DNA of 64,000 nt from Macrostomum lignano (GCA_002269645.1 NIVC01003766.1:13773-77772); one strand, 5' to 3'; numbered from the stretch's first letter, positions 39,758 to 54,100 are shown. Numbers and translations are program-made. Notes: generated from the sequence alone by a model not told the origin.

Positions 39758-40742
39758 CATGGCGCTAAAATCTAATAGATATGGCGCTAAAATCTAATAG
39801 AAATGGCACTAAAATCAAATAGATATGGCGCTAAAATCTAATAGAAATGGCGCTAAAATCTAATAGATATGGCGCTAAAATCTAATAGATATGGCGCTAA
39901 AATCTATGAGATACGGCGCTAAAATTAAGGAAATGAGAGAGAGACAGATTGCGTCAAAATAAAAGCGATGGCGCCCTAAATGAGAGCGATGGCGCCCTAA
40001 ATGAAAGCGATGGCGCCCTAAATGAAAGCGATGGCGCCCTAAATGAGAGCAATGGCGCCTAAATGAGAGCGATGGCGCCTAAATGAGAGCAATGGCGCCT
40101 AAATGAGAGCGATGGCGCCTAAATGAGAGCGATGGCGCCAAAATGAAAGCGATGGCGCCCTAAATGAGAGCGATGTGCCCTAAATGAAAGCGATGTGCCC
40201 TAAATGAAAGCGATGGCGCCCTAAATGAGAGCGATGGCGCCCTAAATGAGAGCGATGTGCCCTAAATGAAAGCGATGGCGCCCTAAATGAAAGCGATGGC
40301 GCCCTAAATGAGAGCGATGTGCCCTAAATGAAAGCGATGGCGCCCTAAATGAAAGCGATGGCGCCCTAAATGAAAGCGATGTGCCGTAAATGAAAGCGAT
40401 GGCGCCCTAAATGAAAGCGATGGCGCCCTAAATGAGAGCGATGGCGCCTAAATGAGAGCGATGGCGCCAAAATAAAAGCGATGGCGCCCTAAATGAGAGC
40501 GATGGCGCCCTAAATGAAAGCGATGGCGCCCTAAATGAGAGCGATGGCGCCTAAATGAGAGCGATGGCGCCCTAAATGAGAGCGATGGCGCCTAAATGAG
40601 AGTGATGGCGCCAGAATGAGAGCGATGGCGCCTAAATGAGAGTGATGGCGCCTAAATGAGAGTGATGGCGCCAGAATGAGAGCGATGGCGCCAGAATGAG
40701 AGCGATGGCGTCGAAATGAGAGCGTGGCGCCAGAATGAGAAT
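39758..40742. repeat. Two adjacent 20-21-bp GGCGCC-core minisatellites (atggcgctaaaatctaataga; gatggcgccctaaatgagagc)
   Basis: Directly visible. Confidence 0.93.
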
Positions 40743-41169
40743 GAGAGTCAATCCATGTCAGTTTCCTAATGCTCAAAATGTCAATAGCTTGTCTATACTG
40801 CTTCTCAGCATGGTTGATGACATTTTTAAAGAAAAAAATGGTTACTGATTTTATCTAGGCACAGACATTAGCATTTCAATAGCCGCCAGCGACACGAGGC
40901 ACAAAAGACACGACTGCACAATGGCTGTTAGGATAGGAACCAAGTCCCTGTTGCCAAGGAGTCTTGTATATCCTTGTCAATATTCAAGATATTCAATTGA
41001 TATCAATCAATCAAGTCGTAAGCATGCAGTGTGCGCACTGTCGTGTACTGATTGAGCAGTGGGCGAGTAACTTATAATATTAACTTAAACCTCGTTTAAA
41101 AACTCGGATTTTCACATGTGACAGTTTAGTTTCATTAGATCTGAAGAATAAAGCTCAATAACTATGTTT

Positions 41170-42825
41170 ATAACTGGCGACAGCCACCCAGGGGGGGGGG
41201 AGAACATGTCCCCCCAGTACAATCTATGGGGGGACATGCCAATGCTTTGTTCCCCCCATCCCATCTTTGTGACCCGTTATGGAAATCAATAATTTTGCTT
41301 CAGGGGGACAAACACATCGTGCCTGTGGCGCCAAAATGAGTGCCTGCGGCGCCAAAATGAGTGTCTGCGGCGCCAGAATGAGTTCCTACAGCGCCAAAAT
41401 GAGTGCCTGCAGCGCCAAAATGAATGCCTGCGGCGCCAAAATGAGTTCCTACAGCGCCAAAATGAGTGCCTGCGGCGCCAAAATGAGTGCCTGCGGCGCC
41501 AGAATGAGTGCCTGCGGCGCCAAAATGAGTGTCTGCGGCGCCAAAATGAGTGCCTGCGGCGCCAAAATGAGTGCCTGCGGCGCCAGAATGAGTGCCTGCG
41601 GCGCCAAAATGAGTGTCTGCGGCGCCAAAATGAGTGCCTGCGGCGCCAAAATGAGTGCCTGCGGCGCCAGAATGAGTGCCTGCGGCGCCAAAATGAGTTC
41701 CTACAGCGCCAAAATGAGTGCCTGCGGCGCTAAAATGAGTGCCTGCGGCGCCAAAATGAGTGCCTGTGGCGCTAAAACGAGTTCCTGCGGCGCTAAAATG
41801 AGTGCCTGCAGCGCCAAAATGAGTGCCTGTGGCGCCAGAATGAGTGCCTGCGGCGCTAAAATGAGTGCCTGCGGCGCCAAAATGAGTGCCTGTGGCGCTA
41901 AAATGAGTGCCTGCGGCGCTAAAATGAGTGCCTGCGGCGCCAAAATGAGTGCCTGTGGCGCTAAAATGAGTTCCTGCGGCGCTAAAATGAGTGCCTGCAG
42001 CGCCAAAATGAGTGCCTGTGGCGCTAAAATGAGTTCCTGCGGCGCTAAAATGAGTGCCTACGGCGGCGCCAAAATGAGTGTTTGCGGCGGCGCCAAAATG
42101 AGTGCCTGCGGTGCCAAAATGAGTGCCTACAGCGGCGCCAAAATGAGTGTTTGCGGCGGCGCCAAAATGAGTGCCTGCGGCGCCAGAATGAGTGCCTGCG
42201 GCGCCAGAATGAGTGCCTGCGGCGCCAAAATGAGTTCCTACAGCGCCAAAATGAGTGCCTGCGGCGCCAAAATGAGTGCCTGCGGCGCTAAAATGAGTGC
42301 CTGCGGCGCCAAAATGAGTGCCTGTGGCGCTAAAACGAGTTCCTGCGGCGCTAAAATGAGTGCCTGTGGCGCTAAAATGAGTTCCTGCGGCGCCAAAATG
42401 AGTGCCTGCAGCGCCAAAATGAGTGCCTGTGGCGCCAAAATGAGTGCCTGCGGCGCTAAAATGAGTGCCTGCAGCGCCAAAATGAGTGCCTGTGGCGCTA
42501 AAATGAGTTCCTGCGGCGCTAAAATGAGTGCCTACGGCGGCGCCAAAATGAGTGTTTGCGGCGGCGCCAAAATGAATGCCTGCGGCGCCTAAATGAGTGC
42601 CTGTGGCGCTAAAATGAGTTCTTGCGGCGCTAAAATGAGTGCCTACGGCGGCGCCAAAATGAGTGTTTGCGGCGGCGCCAAAATGAATGCCTGCGGCGCC
42701 TAAATGAGTGCCTGCGGCGCCAGAATGAGTGCTGAAAACACCGATTATGAAAATAGTGTAAATGTACACCTAGAAATTTAGTCATGCAGATCTATAGAAT
42801 TCCTGGCTTCATGGCGACACCCCTG
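41170..42825 (+). mobile_element. Minisatellite-carrying element, copy 2, with ~65 x 21-bp array (ggcgccaaaatgagtgcctgc, 41325-42730)
   Basis: Same flanks as 33220-33603; ends TGGCGACACCCCTG, the reverse complement (13/14) of the start of copy 1. Confidence 0.75.
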
Positions 42826-43654
42826 GGCGACATTGTCCCATAGCCATCCAGAGCTGACGGCTGGCTCCTGAGTACAGACAAGCGGCGCCAATACTGTACA
42901 TAGGCATGCAACTCATACATTGTAGCCCTGATTGACTTTCTAATCGTTATTAATTGTTTTAAGCTTTCAGCAAATCTATTTTTGAGGTGCTGGTCTGTAA
43001 TGCTCTGAACAGTCTTTGATTATTTTATTCTGCAATAGCTTTTGTATGCAGGACTTGAATTAGCTATTCTGTCCTGCACCTGTTGCACCTGCTTCAATTA
43101 GATTCCAATTCTGAAATAATAAATTATAGAGAATATACAGGAACTAGACACTAGCACACCTGCTTTTCTGTTAATCACTATGCACACACCTTTCAGGACC
43201 TGCAGTGTGTTTATTCTACTCAAATATGCCTCGTGGGCTTGAGCTCAGTTCGGGATTATATATAGGGGAACAGGGAAAAGTCGATTCGATAGAACTGTTT
43301 GGGGGGGGGGTTAACGCAACGATAGCAGGTGGATAAACACGGACTGAAGGGCTGGTGGGGCGGCCCCCAGTGCTCACACAAAACCACTTTAACAGATCGT
43401 TAAAGTGGAGCTTTGAGCAATAAACTGAGCCAACAAACTGCCCGTGGCTGAGATAAAAGCTCATCGACTGGAGGTGGAGCAGGGCATCCCTCGTGCTGTT
43501 CTTGCGATTGACAGGCAGGCTCAAAAATACCCTGTATTTTAGTTTTTCTTGTTGAATACTTTTTAAAGATGTCCGGGATATGGTGTGCTTTCGAGCAGAC
43601 TGGGACTGCTTCTAACTCTGATTCCTTCTTGTCCAATATTTCCTCTGCTCATCT

Positions 43655-43845
43655 CTTTCACTCTACACTCTCCTCTCTCTCCCTCTCTCCTTCTCCCTTT
43701 CTCCCTCTCACTCTCCCCCTCTCCCTCTCTCTCCCTCTCCCCTCTCCCTCTCCCTCTCTCCCTCTCACTCTCTCTTCCCTGTCTCTCCCTCCTCTCTCAC
43801 TCTCACTCTCTCACTCCTACCCCTCATCCTCTCTGCCTCTCTGCC
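43655..43845. repeat. CT-rich low-complexity tract
   Basis: Directly visible. Confidence 0.8.
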
Positions 43846-44917
43846 TGTCATTTCTCTACCTTTGTCATTTTTTCCAGCATAATTATAAAACTGGCGTGCC
43901 ATAACAATACATTACTTCAGGTCCAATTGGCTCTAACAAAAAAGAATACACTTGAAAACCGCCTTTTAGTATGGATATAAAATTTCAACAATTCATACCA
44001 TTATATATCGCCATACAGGGTCATTGTTAATAATGTCTCAAGAATCTGGATGGTGGTGGAGCATGGAGAAGCCCAATTGAAGTGGCCAGACTCATTCATG
44101 CTCAATTGAAAGAGAAATAGAGCTGAGCAAAATTTTTATAGCTAAACCTGAGGGTGAAGCCATAGCCAGCTTAAAGTTGTCTGAAAAATGACTGATTTTT
44201 GGAGTCTTTAGTTGTCCTTGGCTTTTGACGAGAGAAAAGGTGTCAGTATTAGGGGCGCTCACAGACGATTTGACCAATTAATCACCTGGGGGTCTGCAGA
44301 GGCGTTTTGAGTCAGCGCTCAAAGGAATTTCCTCTCTTTCTCTCTCTTCTCTAGCAGTGTTAGTTGAGCACCCCCTGTCGTTCTTATACAATAGAAAAGT
44401 CGTTAAAGAAAAAAATTGCAATTCAAGTTAAAGGTGAATCTGCATGCCTTGAGCTTCTACCTGCTGTAGCGATTGTAGAAATTTGGAAATTTTCGACACT
44501 CCAAGGGCATCATCAGATGCTTTGCTGGTTTTTTTTGTGCGTGTGGCCTTCGAGTACTGTTTAGTGAAAATGATTGGAAACTAAACTAAAATGTTTAAAA
44601 GTAACAGGTACAGTTCTGGCACTGTGGCACCATAACGATTAAAATATTACTCTTAAAATATAAAGAAGCAAAGCATTCCAATGTTCTTGATTTTGATTAA
44701 AGATTTGCGTCTTTGTATATAGTTTTCATACCATAAACCTTGGTAATAGAAGCTATGCATAATTTAATGAGCAACAAATTACACATTGAATAAATATCGA
44801 ATCGAATAGTGAATAAAGCACAAGTTTTACATAATTTTTACAGAGATTTACAAGCAACTCAATGTTATTATTTACTCGAAAAGTTTGCTTGAGTACAACA
44901 TCAGTAATCTATGTAAG

Positions 44918-47900
44918 TTAAACAAAAGAGCTGGCTTGAAATATTGGTCTTGGAGCTGTGCGAGAAAGGGTTGAGCTCTGCTGAGTCGTCTGCTGCTGCT
45001 GCTGCTGATGAGGCTGCTGAGGCTGCTGGATCGTGTAGGCCCTGGCGGGAACATCGTCTGCTGATGTCTGACCAGTTGACGAGTTCGAACCCTGCACAAT
45101 CTCATAGTACTGAGGGAGAGTCCTCTGCTGCTGCTGATTAGGATGAAGATGCGAAGATGCTGGGAGAAGAGTCGTGTACTGCTGCTGTTGGTTCTGGTTC
45201 TGTTGGCGATTCCTGCTTCTGCTCTGGAGGTGCTGCTGCTGCTGCTGCTGAATGTAAATCTTGTCAAAGTTGGCCAGTGTTGACACTGCAGCAGATAGAG
45301 AGGTGTGGACATTGTCCCACAATCATTTAGCCCTGACGGCAATTCTGCTTATTCCAGGGTGTACATCGGCCCTGATTGAATTTCTAATCCTCTGTGCCTT
45401 GGGGGTTGGCCCTTATGGGCTAAAACGACATGCCCTAAATATGATTTTCGATGTTCAAAGACATTCTGTTACTATGATGACGGTTGTAATTTAAAGTGAC
45501 TTTCACCTTGACTACTATCGATCTCTGTGGTGATCTATGAGCTACAATAATTACTACTGACTACTGAACTTTGTTGTGTTGATTTTCAAGACTATTTAAC
45601 AATCATTACTCTGATAATCTCTGATCTTATCTATTCCCTCTCCTTTCTGCTCTCACCTAACTACTCCCAGCGATTGTCTGATCCACCTGTAGCCCAGCAG
45701 CCAGCCTCACCCTGATATCCGCAGCCGCCATCAATGCTGCTGCCGCCTTTCCCGCTGTCCTCTCCAGGCGACCCGCAGCCAATCGCCGGCCTGACTCGGG
45801 GCGTCCCGCCAGCTGTCGCCGCCGCTCCGTCAGGAAATCCAGCCTGAAGAAGTTGGCAAAAGCAGACAATTAGAGAATCATTTTTGCATCTGACATATTG
45901 CTAATTTAAGGCTGCCTAACTCTGCAACTCTGGGTATTCAAACCCTTAAGTCTGCGGCTCTGGTTTTATCACAGAATGACTCCTTCGTGTCATCTTGCAC
46001 TTTCTTGCTATTCCCTCTCCTCTCCTCTTCTCTCCTCTCCTCTCCTCTCCTCTCCTCTCCTCTCCTCTCCTCTCCTCTCCTCTCCTCTCCTCTCCTCTCC
46101 TCTCCTCTCCTCTCCTCTCCTCTTCTCTCCTCTCCTCTCCTCTCCTCTCCTCTCCTCTCCTCTCCTCTCCTCTTCTCTCCTCTTCTCTCCTCTTCTCTCC
46201 TCTCCTCTCCTCTCCTCTCCTCTCCTCTCCTCTCCTCTCCTCTCCTCTCCTCTCCTCTCCTCTCCTCTTCTCTTCTCTCCTCTCCTCTCCTCTCCTCTCC
46301 TCTTCTCTCCTCTCCTCTCCTCTCCTTTCCTCTCTTCTCCTCTCCTCTCATCTCCTCTCCTCTCCTCTCCTCTCATCTCCTCTCCTCTCATCTCCTCTCC
46401 TCTCCTCTCATCTCCTCTCCTCTCATCTCATCTCCTCTCCTCTCCTCTCCTCTCCTCTCATCTCCTCTCCTCTCCTCTCCTCTCCTCTCCTCTTCTCTTC
46501 TCTCCTCTCATCTCCTCTCCTCTCCTCTCCTCTCATCTCCTCTCCTCTCCTCTCATCTCCTCTCCTCTCATCTCATCTCCTCTCCTCTCCTCTCCTCTCC
46601 TCTCCTCTCCTCTCCTCTCCTCTCATCTCCTCTCCTCTCCTCTCATCTCCTCTCCTCTCCTCTCATCTCCTCTCCTCTCCTCTCATCTCCTCTCCTCTCC
46701 TCTCCTCTCCTCTCCTCTCCTCTCCTCTCCTCTCCTCTTCTCTCCTCTCCTCTCCTCTCCTCTCCTCTCCTCTCCTCTCCTCTCTCCTCTCCTCTCCTCT
46801 CCTCTCCTCTCCTCTCCTCTCCTCTTCTCTCCTCTCCTCTCCTCTCCTTTCCTCTCATCTCCTCTCCTCTCCTCTCCTCTCATCTCCTCTCCTCTCCTCT
46901 CCTCTCCTCTCCTCTCCTCTCCTCTCCTCTCCTCTCCTCTCCTCTCCTCTCCTCTCCTCTCCTCTCTCTCCTCTCCTCTCCTCTCCTCTCCTCTCCTCTC
47001 CTCTACTCTCCTCTCCTCTCCTCTCCTCTCCTCTCCTCTACTCTCCTCTCCATTACTCTCCTCTCCTCTCCTCTCCTCTCCTCTCCTCTACTCTCCTCTC
47101 CTCTCCTCTCCTCTCCTCTCCTCTCATCTCCTCTCCTCTCCTCTCCTCTCCTCTCCTCTACTCTCCTCTCCTCTCCTCTCCTCTCCTCTCCTCTCATCTC
47201 CTCTCCTCTCCTCTCCTCTCCTCTACTCTCCTCTCCTCTCCTCTCCTCTACTCTCCTCTCCTCTCCTCTCATCTCCTCTCCTCTCATCTCCTCTCCTCTC
47301 CTCTCCTCTCCTCTCCTCTACTCTCCTCTCCTCTCCTCTCCTCTCCTCTCCTCTACTCTCCTCTCCTCTACTCTCCTCTCCTCTCCTCTCCTCTCCTCTC
47401 CTCTACTCTCCTCTCCTCTACTCTCCTCTCCTCTCCTCTCCTCTCCTCTCCTCTCCTCTACTCTCCTCCCTCTCCTCTCCTCTCCTCTCCTCTCCTCTCC
47501 TCTCCTCTCCTCTCATCTCCTCTCATCTCCTCTCCTCTCCCACTCTCTACAGCACCAACAGCGCTGAAGGAAAATCCTATAAACGTATTCAATATGCAAA
47601 TTTGATGAAGCTTTTAAAAAAATCCTTCAAATTCGATATTCGCCAAATCTCACTGAAAACACGGTGCATAAAGTTTAGTCTACCTTTTCACCTGTTAAGG
47701 AATTTTCCACAGTCTGAGTTCTGTTTGACCAGGTCAGGCACACACGCAATCATCAATTTCTATTCTCCTGTACTGCCCTCTCTTCCATCATCGCCATGAG
47801 CCGGTCAGATGATTGCTCTACGCAAAGTCAGACAGGACAGGCACGCAACACTGATTGATTCTTTTAGTAGGAGGAGCGTATGTTGAAAGTTGAGTTAAAA

Positions 47901-48703
47901 TAGGGATTTTAATATACCTTGACAAAATAGGACGTTCGATAATGAGAGGGGGATTTAATCCCCAAAGTGCTGAATAATGTGACAATATACCACAAGAAAT
48001 ATATTAAATCGATATGTTCAAGTAGAGGGATTAAAAAGGTGAAAAAAACGTTTAACCAAAGAAGAAATTGAAACAAGGCAAGACTTATAGTTATAGTGGA
48101 GCAGCAGACCACAGAAGACACAAGTTAGAGATGGACGCAGACCACAGAAGACACAACTTAGAGATGGACGCAGACCACAAAAGACACGACAAGTTAGAGA
48201 TGTACGCAGACCACAGAAGACACAAGTTAGAGATGGACGCAGACCACAAAAGACACGACAAGTTAGAGATGTACGCAGACCACAGAAGACACAAGTTAGA
48301 GAAGGACGCAGACCACAGAAGACACAAGTTGGAGGTGTGGCAGCAGACCACAGAAGACACAAGTTAGAGATGGACGCAGACCACAAAAGACACGACAAGG
48401 TAGAGATGTACGCAGACCACAGAAGACACAAGTTAGAGATGGAAGCAGACCACAGAAGACCATCGGTATTAAGGTGGCCCCAGACCACCGAGGACACACA
48501 AGGGATCGGAGATTGCCGCAGAATATTAGGGACGCAAGCAAGACGGATTTAAATGCTAATAATGAGTCTAACATGATCCCTAATCCTCATCGACCGCAAG
48601 ATTCGGCTTACAGGCAGTCTATCGCCGAATAGCAGAGCCTCCTGGTGAGCCATGTCCGTCTCTCGCTGCTGCTTCTCTATGGCGCGCTTCGCGGCTCCAG
48701 AAT
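44918..48703 (-). CDS. Protocadherin cytoplasmic-tail exons (48703-48612, 45843-45711, 45285-44918)
   Basis: Pyrimidine-rich acceptors and donors GTAAGC and GTGAGG; phases 1-0-1 chain correctly from the TM exon donor at 60929. Encodes EDSGKGGS, a Q-rich region, and a terminal SSFV* (class I PDZ-binding-like). The link to the ectodomain gene is inferred. Confidence 0.6.
45995..47545. repeat. (CTCCT)n pentanucleotide polypyrimidine array, ~1.55 kb
   Basis: Directly visible. Confidence 0.98.
48098..48462. repeat. 33/36-bp minisatellite (gcagaccacagaagacacaagttagagatggac)
   Basis: About 11 units. Confidence 0.92.
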
Positions 48704-48844
48704 CTGCGGTTTGGAAAGGATAAGACAGAGATTAGATAACAATTTTAAAACGGCTTAAGGGAGATTAGATTAATCTAAAACTTGATTTTTCTGAGACTAC
48801 TTCCGACAATGGGTAAAAATATTCCTGCTAAAGCTAGATAGAGG

Positions 48845-50500
48845 CTAGATCAAACTAGGCTAGATCAAATGAGACTAGCTAAAAAAAGACTAGATCAAAT
48901 GAGACTAGCTAAAAAAAGACTAGATCAAATGAGACTAGCTAAAAAAAGACTAGATCAAATGAGACTAGCTAAAAAAATACTAGATCAAATGAGACTAGAT
49001 TAAATGAGACGAGACTTCATGAGACTACATCAAATAAGACTAGATCAAATGAGACTGAATCAAATGAGACTAGATCAAATGAGACTAGATCAAATGAGAC
49101 TAGATCAAATGAGACTAAATCAAATGAGACTAGATCAAATGAGACTAGATCAAATGAGACTAGATCAAATGAGACTAGATCAAATGAGACTAGATCAAAT
49201 GAGACTAGATCAAATGAGACTAGATCAAATGAGACTAGATCAAATGAGACTAGATCAAATGAGACTAGATCAAATGAGACTAGATCAAATGAGAATAGAT
49301 TAAATGAGACTGAATCAAATGAGACTGAATCAAATGAGACTAGATCAAATGAGACTAGATCAAATGAGACTAGATCAAATGAGACTAGATCAAATGAGAC
49401 TAGATCAAATGAGACTAGATCAAATGAGACTAGATCAAATGAGACTAGATCAAATGAGACTAGATCAAATGAGACTAGATCAAATAAGACTAGATCAAAT
49501 GAGACTAGATCAAATGAGACTAGATCAAATGAGACTAGATCAAATGAGACTAGATTAAATGAGACTGAATCAAATGAGACTGAATCAAATGAGACTAGAT
49601 CAAATGAGACTAGATCAAATGAGACTAGATCAAATGAGACTAGATCAAATGAGACTAGATCAAATGAGACTAGATCAAATGAGACTAGATCAAATGAGAC
49701 TAGATCAAATGAGACTAGATCAAATGAGACTAGATCAAATGAGACTAGATCAAATGAGACTAGATCAAATGAGACTAGATCAAATGAGACTAGATCAAAT
49801 GAGACTAGATCAAATGAGACTAGATCAAATGAGACTAGATCAAATGAGACTAGATCAAATGAGACTAGATCAAATGAGACTAGATCAAATGAGACTAGAT
49901 CAAATGAGACTAGATCAAATGAGACTAGATCAAATGAGACTAGATCAAATGAGACTAGATCAAATGAGACTAGATCAAATGAGACTAGATTAAATGAGAC
50001 TGAATCAAATGAGACTAGATCAAATGAGACTAGATCAAATGAGACTAGATCAAATGAGACTAGATCAAATGAGACTAGATCAAATGAGACTAGATTAAAT
50101 GAGACTGAATCAAATGAGACTAGATCAAATGAGACTAGATCAAATGAGACTAGATCAAATGAGACTAGATCAAATGAGACTGAATCAAATGAGACTAGAT
50201 CAAATGAGACTAGATCAAATGAGACTAGATTAAATGAAACTAGATTAAATAAGACTGAATCAAATGAGACTGGATCAAATGAGACTAGATCAAATGAGAC
50301 TAGATCAAATGAGACTAGATCAAATGAGACTAGATCAAATGAGACTGAATCAAATGAGACTATATCAAATGAGACTAGATCAAATGAGACTAGATTAAAT
50401 GAGACTGAATCAAATGAGACTGGATCAAATGAGACTAGATTAAATGAGACCATATCAAACGAGACTAGATCAAATGAGACTAGATCAAACTAGACTAGAC
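48845..50500. repeat. 15-bp minisatellite (gagactagatcaaat), ~110 units
   Basis: Directly visible. Confidence 0.98.
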
Positions 50501-51189
50501 TTAATGGGAGACAAGATTAAGAGAGATTCATTAATCTATCTAGAAAAAGAATAGATTCAGGAAGTGAGATTAGATAACCCAGACTCAGCAATGATTTTAC
50601 TGCAAACTTTAGAAGCAGATTTAGCGGTCCGCTAACGAGAGGCAACACACTTGAGCGAAAGAACTCAGAATGAATAATTAATGAGTTATGAAGCATTGCT
50701 ATTATCATAAAGTTGAATACAAGTCGACAGCATTAATTGAAGGCAATTTCCCTGCGCCTAAATATTGTCTTAATCTGTTTTAAATGACAATCAAATTGTA
50801 AAGTCTGTGGGAAGACACTAACTAAGCAAAGACGGGGGAACCGCATCCCATGCAAGTATTTCTTCCCTCAATAAAATGGCAAACTCATTATTTTGAGACA
50901 GAAACAGCTTCCATAGCTAGATGAAGCCCCCGCTGAGCTGGTAATTGCCCTGAGCTGCTTCAGGCAGAGAGTGACTCATCGATGCTGCAAGATTGATCAG
51001 AATAAAACTTCTTGTTGACGCGGAAGACAGCAATTATTGCTTAAACATTTTCTGTAGGAGAATTTTATGAGAACATAATTAGCCATTCCATCGCTTCTCT
51101 AAGAAAATCGCTGTTTCTACGAAACAATTTCTTATTTCATAAAAAAGAAACACCACCCGCTGTGACTTTGGCTGAGAGAAAACTGCAGT

Positions 51190-54100
51190 AAGACACAAAT
51201 GAAAGACACAACACAGAGTCAGCAAGACACAAATGACAGACACAACACAGAGTCAGCAAGACACAAATGAAAGCGATGCAACACACAGTCAGCAAGACAC
51301 AAATGAAAGAGACACATACAGTCAGCAAGACACAAATGAAAGAGACACATACAGTCAGCAAGACACAAATGAAAGAGACACATACAGTCAGCAAGACACA
51401 AATGAAAGAGACACATACAGTCAGCAAGACACAAATGAAAGAGACACATACAGTCAGCAAGACACAAATGAAAGAGACACAGCACAGAATCAGCAAGACA
51501 CAAATGAAAGAGACACATACAGTCAGCAAGACACAAATGAAAGAGACACATACAGTCAGCAAGACACAAATGAAAGAGACACAGCACAGAATCAGCAAGA
51601 CACAAATGAAAGAGACACATACAGTCAGCAAGACACAAATGAAAGAGACACATACAGTCAGCAAGACACAAATGAAAGAGACACATACAGTCAGCAAGAC
51701 ACAAATGAAAGAGACACATACAGTCAGCAAGACACAAATGAAAGAGACACAGCACAGAATCAGCAAGACACAAATGAAAGAGACACATACAGTCAGCAAG
51801 ACACAAATGAAAGAGACACATACAGTCAGCAAGACACAAATGAAAGAGACACATACAGTCAGCAAGACACAAATGAAAGAGACACATACAGTCAGCAAGA
51901 CACAAATGAAAGAGACACATACAGTCAGCAAGACACAAATGAAAGAGACACATACAGTCAGCAAGACACAAATGAAAGAGACACATACAGTCAGCAAGAC
52001 ACAAATGAAAGAGACACATACAGTCAGCAAGACACAAATGAAAGAGACACATACAGTCAGCAAGACACAAATGAAAGAGACACATACAGTCAGCAAGACA
52101 CAAATGAAAGACAAAACACACAGTCAGCAAGACACAAATGAAAGAGACACATACAGTCAGCAAGACACAAATGAAAGAGACACAGCACAGAATCAGCAAG
52201 ACACAAATGAAAGAGACACATACAGTCAGCAAGACACAAATGAAAGAGACACATACAGTCAGCAAGACACAAATGAAAGAGACACATACAGTCAGCAAGA
52301 CACAAATGAAAGAGACACATACAGTCAGCAAGACACAAATGAAAGAGACACATACAGTCAGCAAGACACAAATGAAAGAGACACATACAGTCAGCAAGAC
52401 ACAAATGAAAGAGACACATACAGTCAGCAAGACACAAATGAAAGAGACACATACAGTCAGCAAGACACAAATGAAAGAGACACATACAGTCAGCAAGACA
52501 CAAATGAAAGAGACACATACAGTCAGCAAGACACAAATGAAAGACAAAACACACAGTCAGCAAGACACAAATGAAAGAGACACATACAGTCAGCAAGACA
52601 CAAATGAAAGAGACACATACAGTCAGCAAGACACAAATGAAAGAGACACATACAGTCAGCAAGACACAAATGAAAGAGACACAGCACAGTCAGCAAGACA
52701 CAAATGAAAGAGACACATACAGTCAGCAAGACACAAATGAAAGAGACACATACAGTCAGCAAGACACAAATGAAAGAGACACATACAGTCAGCAAGACAC
52801 AAATGAAAGAGACACATACAGTCAGCAAGACACAAATGAAAGAGACACATACAGTCAGCAAGACACAAATGAAAGAGACACATACAGTCAGCAAGACACA
52901 AATGAAAGAGACACATACAGTCAGCAAGACACAAATGAAAGAGACACATACAGTCAGCAAGACACAAATGAAAGAGACACATACAGTCAGCAAGACACAA
53001 ATGAAAGAGACACATACAGTCAGCAAGACACAAATGAAAGAGACACATACAGTCAGCAAGACACAAATGAAAGAGACACATACAGTCAGCAAGACACAAA
53101 TGAAAGAGACACATACAGTCAGCAAGACACAAATGAAAGAGACACATACAGTCAGCAAGACACAAATGAAAGAGACACATACAGTCAGCAAGACACAAAT
53201 GAAAGAGACACATACAGTCAGCAAGACACAAATGAAAGAGACACATACAGTCAGCAAGACACAAATGAAAGAGACACATACAGTCAGCAAGACACAAATG
53301 AAAGAGACACATACAGTCAGCAAGACACAAATGAAAGAGACACATACAGTCAGCAAGACACAAATGAAAGAGACACATACAGTCAGCAAGACACAAATGA
53401 AAGAGACACATACAGTCAGCAAGACACAAATGAAAGAGACACATACAGTCAGCAAGACACAAATGAAAGAGACACATACAGTCAGCAAGACACAAATGAA
53501 AGAGACACATACAGTCAGCAAGACACAAATGAAAGAGACACAGCACAGTCAGCAAGACACAAATGAAAGAGACACATACAGTCAGCAAGACACAAATGAA
53601 AGAGACACATACAGTCAGCAAGACACAAATGAAAGAGACACATACAGTCAGCAAGACACAAATGAAAGAGACACATACAGTCAGCAAGACACAAATGAAA
53701 GAGACACAGCACAGTCAGCAAGACACAAATGAAAGAGACACATACAGTCAGCAAGACACAAATGAAAGAGACACATACAGTCAGCAAGACACAAATGAAA
53801 GAGACACATACAGTCAGCAAGACACAAATGAAAGAGACACAGCACAGTCAGCAAGACACAAATGAAAGAGACACATACAGTCAGCAAGACACAAATGAAA
53901 GAGACACATACAGTCAGCAAGACACAAATGAAAGAGACACATACAGTCAGCAAGACACAAATGAAAGAGACACATACAGTCAGCAAGACACAAATGAAAG
54001 AGACACAGCACAGTCAGCAAGACACAAATGAAAGAGACACATACAGTCAGCAAGACACAAATGAAAGAGACACATACAGTCAGCAAGACACAAATGAAAG

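Noticed and set aside
41279-42592. 437-aa ATG-started ORF of ACGAKMS repeats (metallothionein-like look)
   Set aside because: It is the 21-bp minisatellite inside a repeated element; the opposite strand is equally open and variants show no codon-position bias that I could see.
33220-42825. Single 9.6-kb composite transposon bounded by the 14-bp inverted match
   Set aside because: No target-site duplication, and the two internal modules are direct rather than inverted copies.
43195-44300. Short minus-strand ORFs with some splice-like signals downstream of the protocadherin
   Set aside because: Could not assemble a phase-consistent model or recognise a domain.
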